Of a stretch of 64,000 nucleotides of DNA, positions 25,306 to 33,193 are shown piece by piece. The stretch spans positions 868,001-932,000 of the forward strand of contig OX337232.1 of the NCBI GenBank assembly GCA_946965045.2. Direction: 5' to 3'. The translations under genes were made by a program, and so were the position numbers. The DNA comes from Epithemia pelagica (Eukaryota; Protista; Bacillariophyta). Position 1 is the first letter of the stretch. Every line of letters starts with the position of its first letter. The notes under the pieces are model-generated. The model worked only from the letters and a program-made list of their open reading frames with translations, was not told the origin of the DNA and made no database searches.

Positions 25306-25914
25306 TAGGTAGTTCGTGTTCCCTTCCCGCCCATATGTTCGAGCCCATTGCGGGATTTCGAAATGAGCGACCGCACTAGCGCCGACGAACACGATGCTCA
25401 TGACGACAAACAAAACGCACCAAGGTCCAATGCTCATTGCAGTGGCCACTACATGGGCCACTGCGACGCATATTGCAGCTTCCACCATTCCCTTTTCCAG
25501 TCCGCTTTGCACTCTTGCTGCAGCTTCCACCATTCCCTTTTCATGGGCTAATGCAATATTGTTTGCAGCCGCTGAAAGCTCTTGGGATGCGGCCGCACTA
25601 GCGCCGACGAACACGATGCTCATGACGACAAACAAAACGCACCCAGGCCCAATGCTCATTGCAGTGGCCACTACATGGGCCACTGCGACGCATATTGCAG
25701 CTTCCACCATTCCCTTTTCCAGTCCGCTTTGCACTCTTGCTGCGGCTTCCACCATTCCCTTTTCATGGGCTAATGCAATATTGTTTGCAGCCGCTGAAAG
25801 CTCTTGGGATGCGGCCAGATGTGCGCAACTGATTCCATTGGAGGCGACAGGGATTCCAGTGAACAAGCCTGTCCACGTTTTCTTGTTTCGTTCGAGGCTC
25901 TCTGTCAGTTGCAC
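25300..25914 (-). CDS. Small predicted membrane protein containing a 74-aa internal duplication
   Basis: ORF of 204 aa. 222-bp tandem duplication 25371-25816 is in frame. Hydrophobic segments ICVAVAHVVATAM and CVLFVVMSIVFVGA. Confidence 0.35.
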   Translation of the reverse strand: MQLTESLERNKKTWTGLFTGIPVASNGISCAHLAASQELSAAANNIALAHEKGMVEAAARVQSGLEKGMVEAAICVAVAHVVATAMSIGPGCVLFVVMSIVFVGASAAASQELSAAANNIALAHEKGMVEAAARVQSGLEKGMVEAAICVAVAHVVATAMSIGPWCVLFVVMSIVFVGASAVAHFEIPQWARTYGREGNTNYLP

Positions 25915-26617
25915 CTAAACAAAGGTTACGATGAGAAAGTGACGGATGAGAAACAACTCAAAAGACATTGGACAGCAATCGGTCAAAGTTTCAGTTGTCG
26001 GTCTTATTTTCTTCTCTTTTTTTTCGCCCTGGTGCTTCCCAATTCCTGTCAGGTGCTACAGGAACGCACCGTTTCGGCTTCTCTTAGACGCATGTCGTTT
26101 AGCCAATACGATAAAGAATTACTACGTCAGTCAAAGTTCGTAAGACAACGACATACCTGCGTTTCGGTGGTTCTGGCAAGGTCTAGATCTGTTGGATCTG
26201 ACATAACATGGTTTTGATGATGCTGGACTTTGGTGGAATCCGATTAATGAGGAAGTTGTCTAGTGAAAAGGGCATCCCCTAGGGTAGAAACTATTCATAC
26301 ATGACGAGGAACAGAAAGCACATTTTCACAAATATGGCATGGTAACAAATGACCTTTCTCGAAACTGATGGATTAAGCCCGGTCCACGCCAGCCGTAGGA
26401 AAAAGTACCAGCCCTTCTTGAATTTTGCCTCAACAACGTTGGCCTGCCTTAAGAGGGATACGTTTCTTTTCGTTGATTGGCTGTTGGTTTTTTTTTAATA
26501 GAATGACAGGATAGTGATATAAGGCACAGGAATGAGATGGTTGTTGTTTCCAAGGTGAACTACACAGCTACCCCCAGTCTGACAAGTTCCAGCCCAGAGG
26601 TCAAGAAAGTGTAGTAT

Positions 26618-28123
26618 CTATTCAGTAGACGGGAAAGCACGTTCGATGGAATCTAACAACTCCCTTTTCTCCTGTTCTTTGTCTTCGGAAATGTCCATGG
26701 ATTCGAAAAGACGGCCTGCTCTCATATCAATCCATCGCGCATTTCCGTTTACATTCACAATGTTTTCCACTCGACAGTCACCGTGCAAAATGTTCTTCGA
26801 ATGAAGAGCCTCCAATGCCTGAATGATATCGGTTTTTGAAAGCGTAGAATAATGACGACCGACGTCTGACTGAAGTAGTACGCCAGCCTTGTCCTCATAA
26901 TGCAGAAAACCATTGCTTTCAATGCCAACAATGTACTGAGGACATATGGTTTTCGCTCGATTGGTAACCTCCGCCTGTATCTTGAGTTGTTGCACGTGAT
27001 TACCTTCATCCGAAACAATCTTCATGGCGAAAAGTTTCCCTTCCTGATTCTTGACTCGAAACACAACCCCAAACGCACCCTGTCCAAGAAAGCTGTTCTC
27101 ATCAATAGTAAGGTGAAACGCTTTGCAGGCATCATCTAGGGCCTCGATCAGCGGATCACGTAGCGCAAAATTACGCATCAGAGAAGCAGACCCACACTGC
27201 GACCAACAACATTTTTCAATGGAGGATGCTACTCCTTTCACGCATTCAACGAGCCAGAATTCATTCCGGTCGAATAGAATCAAACGAACCGTCACCGGCC
27301 CATCCTCGAAACAAATGTGGGAGCCATAATTGATGGTTTCCCCTAAACCTGTATTGTCAATCTTCATCTTTGCTTCGCAAACAACGTAAAGAAAGCGACG
27401 AAGCTTCCAGTCGGCCAACACCCCAAAAGCATCTCTTGTTCCTCGCATTTTTATATGAATCGGGTCCCTAGTTTTGAATGGCTGGCGCTTCTGGTAGATA
27501 GCTCTGTGACAGACAAACAGGTCTGGTTTCTGGCCGAAAGTGCTGTCATCAGAAGTTTGGAGCCACCTGTGCTCTTCCGAATTTACGACAACAGTAGTTG
27601 ATCCGTCATCATTTTGCCCGAAAATCTTTTCCAAGTGAGGCGTAATGAACGCCACAACGTGGTGTTCATTACCAAGCTCTGAGAGCTTCATGTTCTCATC
27701 TGAGGACAAGATAGGTAATTCGCTGTCGACAGATGTGAAGGTCTTCACTTTGCCTTCCCGTTGAAGACGACACAACTCGTCCTTCCCGTGGCTAGCTGGG
27801 GTTTTCTGCGGCGTGGCCCGATCTCCATTGACGAGACTTTGGTATATTTCTTCCAGCATTTTGCGTGATTCAACTTGTTCCAGTTCAACAGTTTCTTTCT
27901 CTGGGATAGCAGACAAAGGTTGTGGCTTCTGCATAAGTAACAATTTCTCATGCCTCAAGCGATCTTCCTTCTGCCTCAAGAGATTTTCCTTTTGCCTCAA
28001 GTACTGCTTGTCCTCGTCCGACAAATTTTGAGCTTCCAGCTGCCGGGCCACATCTTTAATCTCTTGAACAACGTCCTGAATTTGGCTCTGCACCGATAGT
28101 ATTTCTTGTTCGATCGATACCAT
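26618..28123 (-). CDS. Crinkler/CR-effector-like protein: N-terminal coiled coil, PD-(D/E)xK REase-like domain, C-terminal protein kinase
   Basis: Intact 501-aa ORF. QKPDLFV...VVCEAK (REase-like). LGQGAFGVVF, AMKIV, HGDCRVEN, WIDM (kinase subdomains I, II, VIb, VII). Confidence 0.7.
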   Translation of the reverse strand: MVSIEQEILSVQSQIQDVVQEIKDVARQLEAQNLSDEDKQYLRQKENLLRQKEDRLRHEKLLLMQKPQPLSAIPEKETVELEQVESRKMLEEIYQSLVNGDRATPQKTPASHGKDELCRLQREGKVKTFTSVDSELPILSSDENMKLSELGNEHHVVAFITPHLEKIFGQNDDGSTTVVVNSEEHRWLQTSDDSTFGQKPDLFVCHRAIYQKRQPFKTRDPIHIKMRGTRDAFGVLADWKLRRFLYVVCEAKMKIDNTGLGETINYGSHICFEDGPVTVRLILFDRNEFWLVECVKGVASSIEKCCWSQCGSASLMRNFALRDPLIEALDDACKAFHLTIDENSFLGQGAFGVVFRVKNQEGKLFAMKIVSDEGNHVQQLKIQAEVTNRAKTICPQYIVGIESNGFLHYEDKAGVLLQSDVGRHYSTLSKTDIIQALEALHSKNILHGDCRVENIVNVNGNARWIDMRAGRLFESMDISEDKEQEKRELLDSIERAFPSTE

Positions 28124-29042
28124 CGTTTACCGGCAAATTGACTGAACACCAAGTTGTTGTTGGTGTTTTGTTGTTGGTGGTGGTTCTTCTTTTTTCTTGA
28201 AACGACTATAGAAGACTAGGTACTCCTAGGCGGTAAGTTGGCACTTTCGTCTAGAGAGTACGACTAAGTCTATGCTACTACCGCGCGTTAGGTGGCCCTA
28301 CAATTTCTCGTAGTAGGAGTAGTATTAAAATTAAAGGGGCGGGGTGGAACTCCAAATTTCGCCCGGGCGAGAACAGACGGTTTACTGTAGAGCAAAGAGA
28401 CTCCCCGGGATTTTGCGGAGGAGGTCGGACCGCCTGCCACATTGCATGCGTAGCGGATTTAAAAATATTGAATTGAATAATTAGGTGTATTGACATTTGG
28501 AAAAACCGTTATAGCGGCAAAAGTGCCCCCGAAACAAAAAGATGGGGTATTTTGCGAAGGTTGTATGGGTGTCATGGACTGTTCTGGGGGTATGCTGTAC
28601 GACTATCAAGCAGAGTGATAAATTTTTTGAATATCGTGTCGCAATTATCCGGGTTTCCACTGAAAAGGATTACCCGGTATTTTTGATTATCTAGCGGGAA
28701 CTACGGACTACGGAGAGACTGCCTCCACCCCCAATATTAAAAAAGGATAGTCTATTTCAGCTGCCGCGGCACCGTAACCTTGGGCCGGACCCGCAAACGC
28801 GGTGTCTGTTACACGTCATTTGAGTGCAAAAGGCATTTGAGTGCAATGCGATCATTTGTCGGAACAAATGATTGCATGTTTGTGCATTCATTTGATTTGT
28901 CGGGTTCAGTCACGGATTGTCTCAATCCCTAGATCTTTATCCAACATCCTCATCGTTCAACATCCCGTTTCCTTACCTCTCATCACGACATCATCACATT
29001 ACTACCATTTCCTATCTATTGCTGATTGCAAAACAATCAACC

Positions 29043-30800
29043 ATGTCTCTTGCAAAGAAGAAGAAAAAGTCGTTAACCAAACATAAGAGGAACTTGGACC
29101 GCATACACCGGCCTCCAGGAATCATCCATGTTTATCAGAACGTTCACAATCCTGTCAAGCACAAGCTCTTTTGTTTTGGCACCGACAATTTCAATCTTCT
29201 GCTGACAGAGATGATTTCCCTCTGTATTCCGTCCGTGTTTCAAGCGATCTTTGTTCATCAATGCGTGCTATATATGAACAAACGTTACCCACATCCTACG
29301 GTGAGGTCATCTGTGCCAGATATCCCAATACTTATTCCACATCTTCAACAGGCTTCATCCGATTTAATAGAAAAATCCGGTGCTCTACGAATTCAAGAAG
29401 CTGTTTCTTTACAATTGACTCATGAACTACATGGTGCCTTTTTGGTCGACTGTGTATTATCACGGACGCACAAAAAGCCACGTATTCCAGAAGAGTCACC
29501 ATACTATGAATTGGTTCATAGAACACACACCTCAAGACAACTATGTTCGGATGAATATGGTGACATTTTCCGTACCGTCATAATTGTTTTCCCATACACG
29601 TCCGTTTTTTGGACGTCTGCTGCTTATGTGTCTGATCCAACCAAACTTTTCAGTGAGGTACAGAGTGGTATTGGTACCACCATTACTACTTCCTCTCTTG
29701 TACCTCTACCTCTTTCTTGGCTAAGGTTGGTATACAAAACGGGAGAACCTGCATTTGGAAGTTTTATCAAAAGAATCAACAAAGTGGTGTGGACAATCAA
29801 TTATGACACCTCCACAGAATGTCCCAAGGTTCCTCATAGCATACAGTTTCACGATGGCGACACCGACACTCCTTTACGTCCTCCCGATTTCTTTGGTACT
29901 AATATTATTACCAATGTCCCCGATAGACGGCTGTTCTACCGTGCCCAATTTGAACGTTCTGGGTCAAACCGTGTGAGATGCCGGCGATATGTTCCTCAAG
30001 CTCTTTATCAGAATCTACAAGATACGACAGCCTACATCCATGATCCCCGCTCCAAGGAAAGGAAGTTGTATGCCTTCCAAACAACATTCTTAGATGCCAA
30101 TAAGCGTCCCACTGGACAATCGAATATCGTCGTCTCTTTCTTGCGGTCTTCCGATACACTCTGCAATGACTTGACACAAGCTTCCAATGAGGTCGTTTCC
30201 GACAAATCGCTGCCAACACGTGGCAATGCTTGTCGAAATGCTGGTGACCATGGACAGATGAGTGGCTTTCGTGTGATGTTTGATCGATACAAACGAACTA
30301 ACAAGTGCATTTCCTTATCAGAAGACAACAAAAAACTAAAGAGCAGTGTCCGATCTGTCTGTCTCGGGATGGCCGGATTGGCTGAAAAACAATCAGGAAT
30401 TACAATCCCTGAAGAATTGGGTGGTTCTAGTGGGTTTTGTTCAAATATTGCGATAAGCGTGGATTTGGAAAACGCGGCGCATGTGGATGTAAATGACGCA
30501 ACAAATGTTTGTCTTGTGGCATTTGCAGAAACGACTCCGCATTCAACTACCGATTGGTACTTTGTTTTCCCCGACGTTTTGCTACGAGTCAATGGCCATT
30601 CCTACAATGGTCTGGTTGTCAAACTCACTCACGGAGTTACTATTTTGTTTGATGGCAGGCTTGTGCGTCATTGCACATCTCGGCATAAACGTTTCCAAAA
30701 TCCTGATGGTACCTTGGATCATACTGTTGGATGGTTTTTTGGAACATCACTTCGTCCTGTACTTGAATCTGGTCCATCATTGGCCACTACCACCCCATAA
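29043..30800 (+). CDS. Putative TET/JBP-like 2OG-Fe(II) dioxygenase (open frame, 14-aa internal deletion relative to A)
   Basis: ATG at 29043 within ORF 28917-30800. HxD at 30480 (AHVDVND), distal His at 30669 (VRHCTS), beta-rich WYFVFP...VKLTHG.TILFDG core. The canonical 2OG-binding Arg is not evident. Confidence 0.6.
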   Translation: MSLAKKKKKSLTKHKRNLDRIHRPPGIIHVYQNVHNPVKHKLFCFGTDNFNLLLTEMISLCIPSVFQAIFVHQCVLYMNKRYPHPTVRSSVPDIPILIPHLQQASSDLIEKSGALRIQEAVSLQLTHELHGAFLVDCVLSRTHKKPRIPEESPYYELVHRTHTSRQLCSDEYGDIFRTVIIVFPYTSVFWTSAAYVSDPTKLFSEVQSGIGTTITTSSLVPLPLSWLRLVYKTGEPAFGSFIKRINKVVWTINYDTSTECPKVPHSIQFHDGDTDTPLRPPDFFGTNIITNVPDRRLFYRAQFERSGSNRVRCRRYVPQALYQNLQDTTAYIHDPRSKERKLYAFQTTFLDANKRPTGQSNIVVSFLRSSDTLCNDLTQASNEVVSDKSLPTRGNACRNAGDHGQMSGFRVMFDRYKRTNKCISLSEDNKKLKSSVRSVCLGMAGLAEKQSGITIPEELGGSSGFCSNIAISVDLENAAHVDVNDATNVCLVAFAETTPHSTTDWYFVFPDVLLRVNGHSYNGLVVKLTHGVTILFDGRLVRHCTSRHKRFQNPDGTLDHTVGWFFGTSLRPVLESGPSLATTTP

Positions 30801-31238
30801 AGACGATGGTTCATGCATTGACTGTTGTTACACTTGCAGTGATTCGAACAAACAACCCCTGCTTTGCGGCATCCACAGTTGTCAGTCGAACATTGCAGTC
30901 CAAGTCTTTTGCAACTGCATTTTATCTTTCGCTTGTGTAGTGGTTGTTGTTTCTTTATCATTGAATGATGACTTCTGTATGTCACTCGATGTGCTTCCCG
31001 TACAGATATTATTGGATACTTACTGTAATCGAAAATGCTATTCAAAAGTTGTGCTTGTAGTGTCCTCCGTTCCAAACCCAGTGGTGATGATGGGTGCATA
31101 ATATTGTACCTGTCATGTGGGAACCAAGTGGATGTTCTGGCTTTCTTGTCCCCAATAATCCCCTCAGGGATTATTGCTCTTACGGATGGGTAGCTTCCTC
31201 TAGAAACCCCAATAACAATACACTGAATACCTAGTCTT
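30719..31238 (-). pseudogene. CXC-containing C-terminal transposase exon of element B (fragment)
   Basis: RLGIQCIVIGVSRGSYPS...CSCKRLGLQCSTDNCGCRKAGVVCSNHCKC, homologous to 46263-46955. Confidence 0.8.
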
Positions 31239-31968
31239 ACTACGTCAGTCAAAGTTCGTAAGACAACGACATACCTGCGTTTCGGTGGTTCTGGCAAGGT
31301 CTAGATCTGTTGGATCTGACATGACATGGTTTTGATGATGCTGGACTTTGGTGCAATCCGATTAATGAAGTGAAAAGGGTATCCGCTACTCCCTAGCGCT
31401 AACGCATGCTACCCCTAAAGTGCCGAGATCTGTTACTCAACATTTGGAGCAAAAAACATATGGAGCATTCAAAAAAACATTTGGAGCTTGTTTTTCAAAA
31501 AAACCCGCTGGCTTTCTAGCGTTACAAACCTCATCGGTTTTTTACTATCTAGCGTTTTATTTGTATATACTTGTCACACTGCTTCCTTATGTTCACTGTC
31601 CTATTTCATGAACAAACGACAATGGTGAGGTACCGGATTTGGTACTGTTATAGCGTAACCCAACCCTGTCGCTATGATGTTGCTTTTCGTCGTCTTTTCC
31701 AATGAGTTGATCCCAAATACACTGTCACAATATTTTCCCACCATCGTCACAATTTTTGTCCCCAACCCTCATTTTTTCCCCAACAATCAAAATACAGCCA
31801 GTGAGTCCCGTTATCTCATGCTCTATTTGTCGGAATTTTTGCTTCCACATGTAGTAGCATTGTCTCACAAATGATCGCAAATTTTCGACAAATCACTATT
31901 GCTTTCATTTGTAGACGACAAATAGATGCAACTGCATCTATTTGTCTCATTTCACTACAATATATAAC

Positions 31969-32096
31969 GAGGGTAGGCTGCTTAGGGCACGAGTGCCGTT
32001 ACAGCTGTTGGCGCACGAGTGCGTGTAGCTTCAGCTGCCGCACGAGTGCGCACAACAGCTGTAACGGCACGAGTGCCCTAAGCGTAGCCTGCCCTC
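31969..32096. repeat. 128-bp foldback with four GCACGAGTGC motifs
   Basis: The arms gagggtaggctgcttagggcac...gcg and cgc...gtgccctaagcgtagcctgccctc are imperfect reverse complements. Confidence 0.75.
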
Positions 32097-33193
32097 AGTT
32101 AAAAATGTAATTCCACAGTGTCGATACTTTATTCCAAAGTAGACGAGTGCTATTAGTCCCTACATCTAGTAGTCGCTATCCCTACTATCTACTACATAGT
32201 ATCCTTTATCCTCTGGGAGGAGGAGTACTTGCTTGGCATCAAGTTTTTCTTGGCATCAAATTCTCTGCGTGATGCGTGACACGTGACACGTGACACAATT
32301 CAAACAAGAGTTGTAATCCTCCAGCGTGATCACTACAGTTGTAACATGCTACAAATAGTTCTATACTCCGACGAAGCGGAAATTCTGCTCCGTGCTGGAG
32401 ATGCCGTGACACAACCCACAACCCACAACCCAGTCGACACGATCCTTAACCCCGAGTGCTAAACCCGTACATCCGTCCTAGGTTGAGCGCTTATGGTCCA
32501 TTCTTGAATTTAGACATGTCTAAGCACTAAGGATGCCTCTCTACTAGTCTCCTCTACTAGTAGATATACCGGTACCGGTGATCAAATTCTTCCAGTGCCA
32601 TTACACGTGATCAAGACTAAAAATTACTAGAATAATGACACTGGACGATTTTTACTTAGAGACCAGTGGCGACTACTAGAATAATAGCACGAGTCTACTT
32701 AGAAGAAAGTATCGTCATAGTGTAATTACAAATAGATGCACACTTCTCTACCTCATCATTACTTATGCCCCGAAGTTCTGAATCTGTCACGCTGTGACAC
32801 ACACGTGACACTGCTTGCTGTGTATTGCACCTCTTTTTTATCCTATCGCGATCATTTGTCTTTCGAAGTCCAAGTGATCGATCCACAATAACAGCCACAA
32901 CAACAGGTCGTCCTATTCTTCTTTCGGTATGTTTCTCAACCTGTCTTTGTGATTCTTGATGTCTTTCTAACACTATCTTACTTTACATTGACAGACGGCG
33001 TCAATTTAATCTTTTCCAATCCATCCTTGTGCAATTTCCATCCACCTTGCTCAGCATCGTAATTTCCACCGTGCCTTGTGTACTGTTTCATTGTTTCATC
33101 AACTTCTCGACGACTGTGACTTTTAGCAGCCTACTCTTTTTGCCTATAGTATCTCTAGTACTACTTCTACAGCGCCCCTACGGGTTGCTCACC

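Larger units (their letters stand above)
28807..31238 (-). mobile_element. Diverged, inverted and truncated relative (B) of the Ginger-like element
   Basis: Begins tgttacacgtcatttgagtgcaaaa, identical to the A2 right TIR in reverse. Contains the dioxygenase ORF and CXC exon homologs. Homology to A stops at ~31238. Confidence 0.85.

Noticed and set aside
22700-28775. Short inverted similarities (22706-22740 with 24082-24120; 24150-24185 with 28740-28770; tacagtaaa at 22538 and 28385-28393)
   Set aside because: Too short and degenerate to define element ends or TSDs by eye.
31427-31430. Strict GATC target specificity
   Set aside because: All three GATC junction sets derive from one insertion, and element B is flanked by tgtc.
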